From: Acidobacteriota bacterium
GTDB taxonomy: Bacteria > Acidobacteriota > UBA6911
NCBI GenBank assembly: GCA_031271905.1
Contig: JAISUT010000017.1
Coordinates: 17,436-81,435 of the forward strand
Length of the DNA stretch: 64,000 nt
Reading direction: 5' to 3'
Position 1 is the stretch's first letter. The number at the start of each line of letters is the position of its first letter. Below the pieces are notes generated by a model. That model saw only the letters and a program-made list of their open reading frames with translations, made no database searches and had not been told where the DNA came from. Positions 43,448-53,038 of the stretch are shown in pieces. A program made the position numbers and the translations under genes.

Positions 43448-43566
43448 GGGAACCTCTAAAAACCCCGGACGCTGCGTCGCGCCTTGGTCGAAAATGCCCG
43501 TTCGCCTCGGCAAACTCCGCTTTCCGACCTGCGGCGGCGCCTTGTCCGCGAGGTTTTCAGATGCCC
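43448..43566. repeat. long-form copy of the interspersed palindromic element
   Basis: gggaacctctaaaaaccccggacgctgcgtcgcgccttggtcgaaaatgcccgttcgcctcggcaaactccgctttccgacctgcggcggcgccttgtccgcgaggttttcagatgcc. Confidence 0.8.
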
Positions 43567-43849
43567 TTTTCATGCGTCCCGCCTCGTGAAGCTCCGCCAT
43601 CCGCCATGTGAAGCTCTGTCGGGGTGACACTTCGTCGGGCATAGCTAATTACGTCCGCCGGCGGCGTCCCGTTACTTGCGGCGACCGTCGGCGCACAGAC
43701 CCACTTTGGAACAAACGGGGGAGGATTGTCAACAACTAATGCGCCGAGGTAAAGTAAGGGGCGGCGCGAAGGAGGTTGGTTGCGCGCCGGTTGCCGCCCG
43801 GGGCGCCGGGCGGCGCGCGGGTGGATGTCGGACGGGGAGGGGCGAGGCT

Positions 43850-44668
43850 ATGGACGTGAAGAAGGTGGTGCGCGAGAAGTACGGCATGGCGGCGTTGCGC
43901 GTGGTCGGGAGGGGCGCGGGGGGCGCCTGTTGCGAGGGGCTCTCCTGCTGCTCCGCCGCCGACCCGATCACGGGCGACCTGTACGGCGAGCTGGAGAAGG
44001 CGTCGCTCCCCGACGCCGCCGTGCTGGCGTCGTTCGGCTGCGGCAACCCGACGGCGCTGGCGGAGCTCAAGGAGGGGGAGGTCGTGCTCGACCTCGGCAG
44101 CGGCGGCGGCATCGACGTGCTCCTGTCCGCCAGACGGGTCGGGCCCGGGGGCAAGGCGTACGGCATCGACATGACGGACGAGATGCTGGCGTTGGCGCGG
44201 GAGAACCAGGCGAAGGCGGGGGTCGCCAACGTCGAGTTCCTGAAGGGGGAGATCGAGGACATCCCCCTGCCGGACGCCTCCGTGGACGTCGTCATCTCCA
44301 ACTGCGTCATCAACCTCTCGGGCGACAAGGACAAGGTCATCGGCGAGGCGTTCCGCGTCCTGAAGCCGGGGGGGCGCTTCGCCGTGTCGGACATCGTGAC
44401 GCTGGGGCGCGTGCCGGAGGATTTGCGCAAGGGCGCCCTGGCGTGGGCGGGGTGCGTGGCGGGGGCGTTGGAGGATGCGGAGTACCGCGACAAGCTGGAG
44501 GCGGCGGGGTTCGCCTGCGTCAGCGTCGAGCCGACGCGCGTCTACCGCGCCGAGGACATCCTGCGGGTCTTTGCCGGCGACGGGGGGGGCGGCCCGGCGC
44601 TCCGCGCGGCGGTCGAAGGCAAATTCGCCAGCGCCTTCATCCGCGCCACGAAGCCCGCCGCGCCATAG
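43850..44668 (+). CDS. arsM: arsenite S-adenosylmethionine methyltransferase (ArsM-like)
   Basis: The start is ATG 43850, giving 272 aa. [18 protein letters not shown]...[24 protein letters not shown] matches the ArsM N-terminal Cys motif. A class I SAM-methyltransferase core ([12 protein letters not shown]) and a conserved downstream Cys (WAGCVAGA) are present. Confidence 0.7.
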   Translation: MDVKKVVREKYGMAALRVVGRGAGGACCEGLSCCSAADPITGDLYGELEKASLPDAAVLASFGCGNPTALAELKEGEVVLDLGSGGGIDVLLSARRVGPGGKAYGIDMTDEMLALARENQAKAGVANVEFLKGEIEDIPLPDASVDVVISNCVINLSGDKDKVIGEAFRVLKPGGRFAVSDIVTLGRVPEDLRKGALAWAGCVAGALEDAEYRDKLEAAGFACVSVEPTRVYRAEDILRVFAGDGGGGPALRAAVEGKFASAFIRATKPAAP

Positions 44669-44802
44669 TCCGCATAGCCGGCCGAGGCATGGTCCGCCGC
44701 AACCGCGCCCGGACCGCAGGCGTCGAAAAAAGGCGGCACGCCTTGGCGTGCCGCCTTTTCGCAACAGGGACTACAGGAACAGGACAAGAGCAAAAACGAA
44801 GG

Positions 44803-44921
44803 GGGGCCTCTGAAAACCCCGGACGCCGCGTCGCGCCTTGGTCGAAAACGCCCATCCGCCTCGGCGGACTCCGCTTTTCGACCTGCGGCGACGCCTTGCC
44901 TGCGAGGTTTTCGGAGGCGCC
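44803..44921. repeat. long-form copy of the interspersed palindromic element
   Basis: gggggcctctgaaaaccccggacgccgcgtcgcgccttggtcgaaaacgcccatccgcctcggcggactccgcttttcgacctgcggcgacgccttgcctgcgaggttttcggaggcgcc; it lies between the convergent genes arsM and blaI-family. Confidence 0.8.
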
Positions 44922-44952
44922 CAAGGGGCGGCGGGGCGGCGGGGCGGCTCGC

Positions 44953-45402
44953 CTAGGACTCCACCCGCGCCTCGTACTGGGAGAAGGCCTGCCAGATGTC
45001 CTCCTCCGGCGCCAAGACCCTGCCTTCCCAGCGCAGGAGCATGGTGCGGATGTTGTTGATCTGGTCGGTGTTCTTGACCTCGCTCTCCAGGAGGTAGGCG
45101 ATCATTTTCTCGGGGTCGTTGTCGAAGAAGCGCGCGATCACGTCGGAGACCTGGTTCTTCGTCGCCTGTCGTTTGGAGAGGAGCGGCTTGTAGACGTAGG
45201 CGCGGCCCACGCGCTCGTGGACCAATGCGCCCTTTTCCTCCAGAATCCCCATCAGCGTGAGGATCGTCGTATACGCCGTCGGCTTGATCTGGCAGATGGA
45301 GGCGCAGACTTCCTTCACCGTCGCCGACCCGAGGTTCCAGACCACTTTCATAATTTGAAGCTCTTGCCGCGTGAGAATAATCGACTTCAAATCCTTCTTC
45401 AT
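44953..45402 (-). CDS. BlaI/MecI/CopY-family transcriptional repressor
   Basis: 149 aa. It has a winged-helix N-terminus (LTRQELQIMKVVWNLGSATVKEVCASI...YTTILTLMGILEEKGALVHERVGRAYVYKP) and a C-terminal dimerisation helix. Confidence 0.7.
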   Translation of the reverse strand: MKKDLKSIILTRQELQIMKVVWNLGSATVKEVCASICQIKPTAYTTILTLMGILEEKGALVHERVGRAYVYKPLLSKRQATKNQVSDVIARFFDNDPEKMIAYLLESEVKNTDQINNIRTMLLRWEGRVLAPEEDIWQAFSQYEARVES

Positions 45403-45566
45403 TCTTCCTCCCTAGACTCCCTGACGATCAGACTGAGAATAATACACGATTCATTCCCGGTGCGATCACAATTCTCCGAAATTTCTGAAATCGTAAGGAT
45501 TGGAACTTGCCAATCCCCGATCCCCGTTTCGCGCAACTCCTTCTCCAAGGCGCTTGCGGCGTCCCG

Positions 45567-46667
45567 CTACTTGCGCAGGATGCTCTCCAGCCGCCGCCCC
45601 AGCAGCCTGCCTGGGCCGTCGTCGGACATGACCGCGACCCCTTCCGGGGCGCGCGCCCCCAGGCGCAACTCGGCGGCCCGCTTGATCTGCGGCTGCTCGA
45701 AGACGCCGTCCGCGCCGCCGATGCGGGCGCCGGCGTATTGCAGCACCGAGAACGCCACGGCGTCCAGGGCCACGCGGTCCCGCGACGCGGCGATGACGCC
45801 CGGGCGCGCGACCTCCCCTTTTTCCGGACCCCCGGCGACGAACACCTCCGTGGCGTCCAGAAACACGACGCCCGGCGAGTACACCTGGTTGGCTTCAGCG
45901 ATCATTTGCCCCTGGGCCGGAGAAGCGTGTAGGTCTTGCATGAAGTTCCGGCCATGGCTGGGGGCGGCATCAACACCGCGCCCTTGAATATCTTGCCCCG
46001 TCGCGTCCCTTGCCCCGACCCGCTTGGCGATAAGGCCGATGGAGTTCTTCAGGCTTGCGCTGAACCCCCCGCCGAACCGATGCGTCCGTGGCGAACACAA
46101 CTGAACAACACGACAATCTTGGATCAGAAAATCGGGAAATGCAATACCCCCCGGCCAATGAGACCCCGGAAGTTCCGCGAAACGCCACCGGGAGGCGTCC
46201 AGTTCGTCCAGCGGCAGGAAGGCGACCGACAGCGATTCCAGCACCTCCAGCGCGCCGAGCCGTCCCATCACCTCGCGCGTGCGCCCCATGCCGCTCCGCT
46301 CCACGAGGGTGATGCCTTCCGCCCCCCGCGCGCGCAACAGGCCGACCACGGCGCGGAGCGCATCCGGGTGCGTGGTCGCGGGGGGCGGCGCGGGGCTGCC
46401 GTAGGAGGCTTTGAGGTAGACGTCCCCGCCGGAGAAATCCAGCGCCCCCGCGCCGTCCCCCTCCAGCAACGCCAATGCGCGGGCGAACCCCGTCCCGCGC
46501 TCCGCGCCGCCGATGACGGCGACACGGACGCCAGCACCCTCCGGCGGCGCGCCCGCACCCCCTCCCGCAGGCGGGATGTCGGGGGCGTCCGCCTCCGGGG
46601 CGTCGCCCAGCAATGCCAAGCCGCCCAGGGACGACAGGCGGCCGAACGCCCTCCTCGTCAAACGCAT
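45567..46667 (-). CDS. DUF362-domain protein with a twin-arginine signal
   Basis: It has a Tat motif (MRLTRRAFGRLSSLGGLALLG) and a conserved DUF362 core (YLKASYGS ... SLKNSIGL ... AVAFSVLQYAG). Confidence 0.55.
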   Translation of the reverse strand: MRLTRRAFGRLSSLGGLALLGDAPEADAPDIPPAGGGAGAPPEGAGVRVAVIGGAERGTGFARALALLEGDGAGALDFSGGDVYLKASYGSPAPPPATTHPDALRAVVGLLRARGAEGITLVERSGMGRTREVMGRLGALEVLESLSVAFLPLDELDASRWRFAELPGSHWPGGIAFPDFLIQDCRVVQLCSPRTHRFGGGFSASLKNSIGLIAKRVGARDATGQDIQGRGVDAAPSHGRNFMQDLHASPAQGQMIAEANQVYSPGVVFLDATEVFVAGGPEKGEVARPGVIAASRDRVALDAVAFSVLQYAGARIGGADGVFEQPQIKRAAELRLGARAPEGVAVMSDDGPGRLLGRRLESILRK

Positions 46668-46856
46668 ACGCGACTACCTTAGCCGAACCGGCGCACGGAT
46701 GCATCAAAAAAAATTCCCGCCGATGTTCCTGGGATTCGGGATTCGGCCCGGGATTCGGGCAAAAAACGCTTGCAAAAATCACAGGAGAGGGTCAACATTC
46801 CCGCTTGCCGTATGGATAACCAAGGTGCTTGGGCTTTGCTTTGTGAAATTGGCAAC

Positions 46857-46920
46857 AGGCGCATCTGAAAACCCCGCCGACAGGGCGCTAGAGCGGCGTC
46901 CGGGGGCTTCGGGAGCGTCC
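46857..46920. repeat. short-form copy (~60 bp hairpin) of the interspersed palindromic element, in the hydrogenase operon upstream region
   Basis: aggcgcatctgaaaaccccgccgacagggcgctagagcggcgtccgggggcttcgggagcgtcc. Confidence 0.65.
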
Positions 46921-46952
46921 GATGGCTTAAACCTTCGCAGGTGTAGGTAATT

Positions 46953-48401
46953 ATGAATGAATGTCTGCTTTTCTGTCTGGTGGCGGTCCCCCTGTTCGGC
47001 TCGCTGCTGCTGCCCCTGCTGGGCAAGGCCGGCGACCAGGCGCGGAACATCTTCGCGCTGGTCTTGATGCTCTGCTCCCTCGGGATATCCTGCTTCCTGC
47101 TTCCCGTCATCGCGGGCGACCAGGTCTTGACGGTCAGCGTCGGCGGCGTCACCCTCTTTTACGCGGACAAGCTCGCCATCTTCATGGCGCTGTGCTCCCA
47201 GACGCTCGGCACCATCATCATCCTCTATTCGTTCGGCTACATCGCCCATTACGAGCACCGCAACGAATACTACTTCATGGTGGTGTTGTTCCTGGCCGCC
47301 ATGATGGGGCTGATCTTCTCGTCGAACCTGCTCTGGATATACTTCTTCTGGGAGATCACCGCCATCTGCTGCTGGAGGCTGATCGGCTTCTTCCGCGAGC
47401 GGGAGTACGTCCTGCGCGCCGACAAGGCGTTCTTCATCACCATCTTCGGCGCCCTGATGATGCTGGGCGGCTTTCTGATGGTCTACGGCCAGACCGGCAC
47501 CTTCGACCTGCTCGAGATCAAGGCGTACCTGGGGCGGCATCCGGGCGAGGTCATCGACAACACCGCGATATTGTTCATCCTGTTCGGCATCCTCTCCAAG
47601 TCCGCCACGCTGCCGCTGCACACCTGGCTGCCTGACGCCGGCGTCGCCCCTTCGCCCGTCACCGCGTTGCTGCATGCGGCGGTGCTGGTGAAGATCGGCG
47701 TCTACGTCTTCGCCCGCCTGTTCGTGGCGACCTTCACCGTGGACGGGATATGGTGGGAGGTCGTGCCCTGGATAGCCGCCGCGAGCGCCTTGGTCAGCGC
47801 CTGCGCCGCGCTGGTGGAGAACGACATCAAGCGCATCGTCGCCTACTCGACCGTCAGCCAGCTCGCATTCATCCTGCTGGGGCTCGCAGTCCATAACGAG
47901 GTCAGCGTCCTGGGCGGCCTGCTCTACATCCTGATGCACGGCATCGCCAAGGCGGGGCTGTTCCTTTGCGCCGGGGTGGTGGAGCACGAGACGCACAACA
48001 AAGACATCCGCAGGATGGGCGGGCTGGTCAAGACCATGCCGGTCACGGCGGTCTCCTTCGGCCTGTGCGCCTTCTCGGTCATGGGGCTGCCCCCGTTCGG
48101 CGGCTTCTTCAGCAAGTACATGGTGGTCAACGGCGCGCTCGAGTCGGGGCAGGTCGCCATCGGGCTGACCTTCGTGGCGGGCGCGTTCCTGACCCTCGCC
48201 TACCTCCTGCGGGTCTATGTGCGCGTGTTCTTCGGCGCGAGCCGGGCTGCGGACGACGGGCATGGGGCGCCTAAGGAAGGCTCGCCCATCATGGTGTTCA
48301 GCGTGGCGTTGCTCGCCGCGCTCTCCCTGCTCAGCGGCGTGGTGATCGGCCCGTCGTTCCAGTTCGCCCAAGAGGCGGTGCGGCAGATGATGGGTCGGTA
48401 A
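46953..48401 (+). CDS. group-4 hydrogenase membrane subunit, Mrp/NuoN-MnhD-like antiporter module (1 of 3)
   Basis: 482 aa with ~14 transmembrane helices. It carries conserved antiporter-module motifs (WLPDAGVAPSPVTALLHAAVLVKIGVY, AYSTVSQLAFILLGLA). Confidence 0.8.
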   Translation: MNECLLFCLVAVPLFGSLLLPLLGKAGDQARNIFALVLMLCSLGISCFLLPVIAGDQVLTVSVGGVTLFYADKLAIFMALCSQTLGTIIILYSFGYIAHYEHRNEYYFMVVLFLAAMMGLIFSSNLLWIYFFWEITAICCWRLIGFFREREYVLRADKAFFITIFGALMMLGGFLMVYGQTGTFDLLEIKAYLGRHPGEVIDNTAILFILFGILSKSATLPLHTWLPDAGVAPSPVTALLHAAVLVKIGVYVFARLFVATFTVDGIWWEVVPWIAAASALVSACAALVENDIKRIVAYSTVSQLAFILLGLAVHNEVSVLGGLLYILMHGIAKAGLFLCAGVVEHETHNKDIRRMGGLVKTMPVTAVSFGLCAFSVMGLPPFGGFFSKYMVVNGALESGQVAIGLTFVAGAFLTLAYLLRVYVRVFFGASRAADDGHGAPKEGSPIMVFSVALLAALSLLSGVVIGPSFQFAQEAVRQMMGR

Positions 48402-48525
48402 GAACAGACGGCGGGGGCGGGCGCGCCCGTCCCGCCTTGTGACAAGGGGGTGGGCTCCGAGGACTTCGCGGATGAGGCGCGACGCAGCGTCCGGGGTTCG
48501 GGGGCTTCCCTGAAAAGGCAAAACA

Positions 48526-50367
48526 ATGAGCACGGAAAATCTGATGTTACTCGCCATTTTCCTTCCCATCGTCTTGGCGGTCGTCCCGTTGGCGCTGGTC
48601 AAGAAAAATGCCCTCGCCGCCGGAGCCGTCGCGATCGCAGCCAGCTTCGCGAACCTCGTCGTGGTCTGCCTGGCCTACGGCAAGGATGCCGCCCTCACCC
48701 TGCCCTGGGCGGGCTGGTTCTTCGAGTTCACGTTGCGCAACTACCAGTTCAGCTCCTTCATCCTGGCTGCCGCCGCGCTCTTCGGGGCGTTGCTCTCGGT
48801 CTACAACACGGTCTTCCTCAAGGACAAGGCCTACGGATGGCTCTTCCACGCCTACTTCCTGCTGACCCTGGGCTTCGTCAACGGCGCCATCTTGGCCGAC
48901 AACCTGCTGCTGCTCCTGTTTTTCTGGGAGGGGCTGCTGGGTCTGATGTTCGGCATGATCTACCTCGGCCACCGCGACGCCTACCGCACCGCGACCAAGG
49001 CGGTCATCATCGCCGGGGTCACCGACCTGTGCATGATGTTCGGCATCGGGCTCGCCGTCCACCTCGCCGAGACCGCGACCATGTCGCAGATGAAGGTGCC
49101 GATGGAAGGCTTGGGGGGCTTGGCCTTCGTGCTCCTGGTGATCGGGGCGATCTCCAAGGCGGGCTCCATGCCGTTTCACACTTGGATCCCGGACGCCGCG
49201 ACCGACGCGCCGATGCCGTTCCTGCCCTTCGTCCCGGCGGCGCTGGAGAAGTTGCTGGGCATCTACCTCCTCGCCCGCGTCACGCTCGACTTCTTCAAGC
49301 TGGACGGCGGGCACTGGGGCTCGATGCTGCTGATGGTCGTCGGCGCGCTCACCATCAACTTGGCGGTGGCGATGGCGCTCATCCAGAAAGACTACAAGCG
49401 CCTCCTGTCCTACCACGCCATCAGCCAGGTCGGCTACATGATCCTGGGCATCGGCACCTGCACCCCGGTCGGTGTCGTCGGGGGCCTGTTCCACATGCTC
49501 AACCACACGATCTACAAGTGCTGCCTGTTCCTGACCAGCGGCTCGGTGGAGCGGCAGGCGGGGACGACCGACCTGCGGAAGATCGGCGGCCTGGGGCGCA
49601 AGATGCCGGTCACCTTCGTCCTGTTCATCATCGCGGCGGCCGCCATCGCCGGCTTCCCGGGCACGAACGGCTTCTTTTCCAAGGAGCTGGTCTATGACGG
49701 CGCCTTGGAGCGGCACTGGATATTCTACGCGGCGGCGGTGCTGGGCTCGTTCCTGACGGCGGCGTCCTTCCTGAAGCTGGGGCACGCCGCATACCTTGAC
49801 AAGGGGCGCGGCGACGCGAGCAAGGTCAAGGAGGCGCCGGCGGCGATGCTCGTCCCCGGAATCGTCCTGGCGGCGCTCTGCCTCGCCTTCGGCGCAGGCA
49901 ACGCCTTCCCGCTCCACAATTTCATCCAGCCGGTGCTGGGCGATGCGTTGCACGGGCATGACTACTCGGGCTTCCACTTCAAGCTGGTGCTGGTCGGCGG
50001 CTCCGTCGCGGCGCTGCTGCTGGCCTTCGCCAACCACTATTTCGGCGCGAAGAGCAAGGGGAGCGGCCTTGCGGCGGTGGACCACATCCACTACGCGCCG
50101 GGCCTGCACCAGATCTACGACGCGGCGGAGAAGCGCTTCTTCGACCCCTATGATTGGGCGAGGAACGTGGGCAAGGCGGTCGCCTACGTCGGCTTCGGCA
50201 TCGACCGCGCCATCGACTTCTTCTTCAACAAGGTCGTCGTCTTCGTCGCCGGCGGAATCTCCGGCACCATCCGTGCGCTGCATAACGGGAGCCACGCCAC
50301 ATACCTGGCATGGACTTTGGCCGGCCTTGTGATCGTAATCGTCGCCTGCATGGCGGGTCGCCTGTAG
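48526..50367 (+). CDS. group-4 hydrogenase membrane subunit, NuoL/MnhA-like antiporter module (2 of 3)
   Basis: 613 aa. It has the motifs FFWEGLLGLMFGMIYLG, HTWIPDAATDAPMPFLPFVPAAL and SYHAISQVGYMILGIG, plus the C-terminal extension typical of NuoL-type subunits. Confidence 0.8.
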   Translation: MSTENLMLLAIFLPIVLAVVPLALVKKNALAAGAVAIAASFANLVVVCLAYGKDAALTLPWAGWFFEFTLRNYQFSSFILAAAALFGALLSVYNTVFLKDKAYGWLFHAYFLLTLGFVNGAILADNLLLLLFFWEGLLGLMFGMIYLGHRDAYRTATKAVIIAGVTDLCMMFGIGLAVHLAETATMSQMKVPMEGLGGLAFVLLVIGAISKAGSMPFHTWIPDAATDAPMPFLPFVPAALEKLLGIYLLARVTLDFFKLDGGHWGSMLLMVVGALTINLAVAMALIQKDYKRLLSYHAISQVGYMILGIGTCTPVGVVGGLFHMLNHTIYKCCLFLTSGSVERQAGTTDLRKIGGLGRKMPVTFVLFIIAAAAIAGFPGTNGFFSKELVYDGALERHWIFYAAAVLGSFLTAASFLKLGHAAYLDKGRGDASKVKEAPAAMLVPGIVLAALCLAFGAGNAFPLHNFIQPVLGDALHGHDYSGFHFKLVLVGGSVAALLLAFANHYFGAKSKGSGLAAVDHIHYAPGLHQIYDAAEKRFFDPYDWARNVGKAVAYVGFGIDRAIDFFFNKVVVFVAGGISGTIRALHNGSHATYLAWTLAGLVIVIVACMAGRL

Positions 50368-50382
50368 CGGAGGAGTGTTAAC

Positions 50383-51828
50383 GTGATAACTCTTTACATA
50401 GCGCTGCCCCTGGCAGTCGTTCTGCTCCTGAACCTGTCGCCCCGGAGGACCGCCAACGCGCTCAGCCTCTGGTGCGGCTTGGTGCTGACGGTCTTTGCGG
50501 GGGCGTACACCCTCGCCATGCCGCACGTCCCCGGGCTCGCGGACGCCTTCGACCCCGCCAACCGGGTGTTGCAGTGGAAGATCGAGGCGGGCAACCTCGC
50601 CGGCGTGATGTTCCTCTCCATCGCCTTGGTGGTCTTTTCCGCCTTCTGGGTGGGGCGCTACCTGATCGCCGACTCCAACCGGCGGTTCATCTTCAACAAC
50701 CTCCTGTTGCTGTGCATGACGGGGATGAACGGCATCGTGCTGTCCAACGACCTTTTCACCCTGTACGTGTTCTTGGAGGTCGTCGCCGCCTCATCCTTCA
50801 TCCTGATCGCGCTGGAGCGGACGAACGCCGGCCTGGAGGGCGCGTTCAAGTACGTCCTGCTCTCGGCGGTCGCCACGGTGCTGGTGCTCTCGTCGATGGC
50901 GCTGATCTTCGTGCTGGTGGGGAGCCTGGACTACGGCACGGTCAAGGCGGTCTTGACGTCCGGTCAGCTCGACGCGGCGACCTCGCGCTTCGTCACTTTC
51001 GCCATCGGCCTGTTCGTCGTCGGCCTGTTCATCAAGGGCGGCATGGTGCCGTTCCACGGATGGCTGCCGGACGCCTACTCCTCCGCCCCCACGGCTTCGT
51101 CCGTCCTGCTGGGCGGCATCGTGACCAAGGCGGCGGGGGTGTTCACGCTCATCCAGCTCGCGCAGAACGTATTCGGCTGGGACAAGCCCTCGCCGGTCTT
51201 GCTCGCCGTCGGCACGCTCTCCATCGCGGTCGGCGCCTTCGCGGCGTTGGGGCAGAGGAACTTCAAGCGGATGCTGGCGTATTCGAGCATCAGCCAGATC
51301 GGCTACATCATCATCGGCCTGGGCGCCGCCAACGAGGTCGCCGTCGTCGGCGCGATCCTGCACCTGTTCAACCACTCGACTTTCAAGACCCTCCTGTTCG
51401 TCAACTCCGCCGCCGTGGAGAAACAGGCGGGCACCGTGGACATGGACAAGCTGGGCGGCCTCGCGAACAAGATGCCGGTGACCGGCTTCACCTCGGTGCT
51501 GGCGATGCTCTCGACCGCCGGCGTGCCGCCGTTGTCCGGCTTCTGGAGCAAGCTTTTGATCGTGCTCGGCGTCTGGCTGTCGGGGGCGCACGCGGTGGCG
51601 GTGACGGCGATATTGCTGAGCGTGGTCACGCTGGCGTACTTCCTCTCGATGCAGCGCCGGGTGTTCTTCGGCAGGCTGGCGCCGGGGCTTGAAGGCGTCA
51701 AGGAGGCGGGCGGCTGGTTGCTGGTGCCCGAGATCGTCCTGGCGGTCATCACGCTGGGGCTTGGTTTGACGATGCCGTGGTTCTTTAACACATTTCTCGT
51801 TCCCCTGCGGAGCTTGTGGAGCTTGTAA
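50383..51828 (+). CDS. group-4 hydrogenase membrane subunit, NuoM/MnhD-like antiporter module (3 of 3)
   Basis: 481 aa. It has the motifs HGWLPDAYSSAPTASSVLLGGIVTKAAGVF and AYSSISQIGYIIIGLGA. Confidence 0.8.
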   Translation: MITLYIALPLAVVLLLNLSPRRTANALSLWCGLVLTVFAGAYTLAMPHVPGLADAFDPANRVLQWKIEAGNLAGVMFLSIALVVFSAFWVGRYLIADSNRRFIFNNLLLLCMTGMNGIVLSNDLFTLYVFLEVVAASSFILIALERTNAGLEGAFKYVLLSAVATVLVLSSMALIFVLVGSLDYGTVKAVLTSGQLDAATSRFVTFAIGLFVVGLFIKGGMVPFHGWLPDAYSSAPTASSVLLGGIVTKAAGVFTLIQLAQNVFGWDKPSPVLLAVGTLSIAVGAFAALGQRNFKRMLAYSSISQIGYIIIGLGAANEVAVVGAILHLFNHSTFKTLLFVNSAAVEKQAGTVDMDKLGGLANKMPVTGFTSVLAMLSTAGVPPLSGFWSKLLIVLGVWLSGAHAVAVTAILLSVVTLAYFLSMQRRVFFGRLAPGLEGVKEAGGWLLVPEIVLAVITLGLGLTMPWFFNTFLVPLRSLWSL

Positions 51829-52358
51829 TTATGCTTTCGCTAGGCACAATCCTTCTTATCCTGCTCGTGCTCATGGTGCTCTCGGCGCTTTGGGCGGTGA
51901 TGGCGACGGATCTCTTGCGCTCCACCATCGCGCTGGCATTGACGAGCGTCTTTCTCGCCATCGCCATCTATATGATGGGCGCGCCCTTGGCGGCGGTCTT
52001 CGAGCTCTCGGTCTGCGCCGGCCTGATCACGGTGGTCTTCATCAGCGCCATCAGCATGATCAAGCCCGAGGGGAACACCCGCAAGGAAGACCTCGCCCGC
52101 AAGAGGCGGAAACGCTTGAAGAAGTACATCCCGCTGCCGATCCTGCTGGCGGTCGCGGGCGTCCTGCTGTGGCTGAACCGGGTCGACCTGCCGTTCACGC
52201 CCGACGCGGACGTGTTCCCGCTCACCCTGTCTGAGATCATGTGGGACGTCAGGCGCGTGGACATCGCCGGCCAGGCGGTCATGATCCTGGTCGGGGTCTT
52301 CGGCATCGTCGTCCTGTTCAAGGAATTCGTGAGGCGCGGCAAAGGAGGGGAGGAGTAA
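51816..52358 (+). CDS. MrpB/MbhD-E-like small membrane subunit of the hydrogenase antiporter module
   Basis: 180 aa with 4-5 transmembrane helices. The N-terminal half resembles DUF4040/MnhB and the C-terminal half resembles MbhE. The start may be the Met at 51831. Confidence 0.6.
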   Translation: MELVIMLSLGTILLILLVLMVLSALWAVMATDLLRSTIALALTSVFLAIAIYMMGAPLAAVFELSVCAGLITVVFISAISMIKPEGNTRKEDLARKRRKRLKKYIPLPILLAVAGVLLWLNRVDLPFTPDADVFPLTLSEIMWDVRRVDIAGQAVMILVGVFGIVVLFKEFVRRGKGGEE

Positions 52359-52666
52359 TGGAAAACCTGTTCTGGTTCCTGACGTCTTTCGTGGCGCTCC
52401 TGTTCATCATAGGGCTCTATGCGCTGCTGGCGACGCGCAACCTGTTGCGCATCCTGATCGGGATGGAAATACTCACCAAGGGCGTGACCTTGCTGCTCAT
52501 CGCCGCTGGCTTCCTGGCCGGGCGGCAGAACGCCATGCAACCCATCGTCATCACCATGATCGTGGTCGAGGTGGTGATCATCGCGGTCGCGGCGGGCATC
52601 GTCATCGCCTCGTACCGCAACAACAAGACCATCAGCGTGCGCGCGTTGCGCAACCTGAAAGGGTAG
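52358..52666 (+). CDS. NuoK/MrpC/MbhG-like membrane subunit
   Basis: The start is ATG 52358 after GGAGGGGAGGAG. It is 102 aa with three transmembrane helices, and it has the NuoK-type conserved Glu in a transmembrane helix (GMEILTKG). Confidence 0.75.
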   Translation: MENLFWFLTSFVALLFIIGLYALLATRNLLRILIGMEILTKGVTLLLIAAGFLAGRQNAMQPIVITMIVVEVVIIAVAAGIVIASYRNNKTISVRALRNLKG

Positions 52667-52675
52667 GGGGGGGAC

Positions 52676-53032
52676 ATGGACAAGATCATCGAGGTGAAAG
52701 ACGTATACCTTTTGTTGCCGCCCATCGCGTTCCTGATCGTCTTCGTCTTCGTCTGGTTGCAGTACGTGGGCTTGAAGATGTTCTCGGCGGGCGAGAAGTG
52801 GAAGGACGAGGAGGGCAAGCGCGAGTCCTACGCCTGCGGCCATGACGTGAAGGACTCCCGCGTGGCGCCGGACTACAGCCAGTTCTTCTCCTTCGCCTTC
52901 TTCTTCACGATCATGCACGTCGTGGCGCTGATAGTGACCACGTTCCCTTCGGGTGACGTCGAGGCGCTCGCCTTGGGCGTCGGCTACCTGGTCTCGGCGG
53001 CGGTGGGTCTTTTCATCCTGTTTAAGAGGTAA
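52676..53032 (+). CDS. small membrane subunit (MbhI/NuoA-like)
   Basis: 118 aa with three transmembrane helices. A YACGHD motif in the central loop resembles the NuoA Y(E/A)CG motif. Its position immediately upstream of the NuoB-like gene matches MbhI. Confidence 0.5.
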   Translation: MDKIIEVKDVYLLLPPIAFLIVFVFVWLQYVGLKMFSAGEKWKDEEGKRESYACGHDVKDSRVAPDYSQFFSFAFFFTIMHVVALIVTTFPSGDVEALALGVGYLVSAAVGLFILFKR

Positions 53033-53038
53033 CGCATC

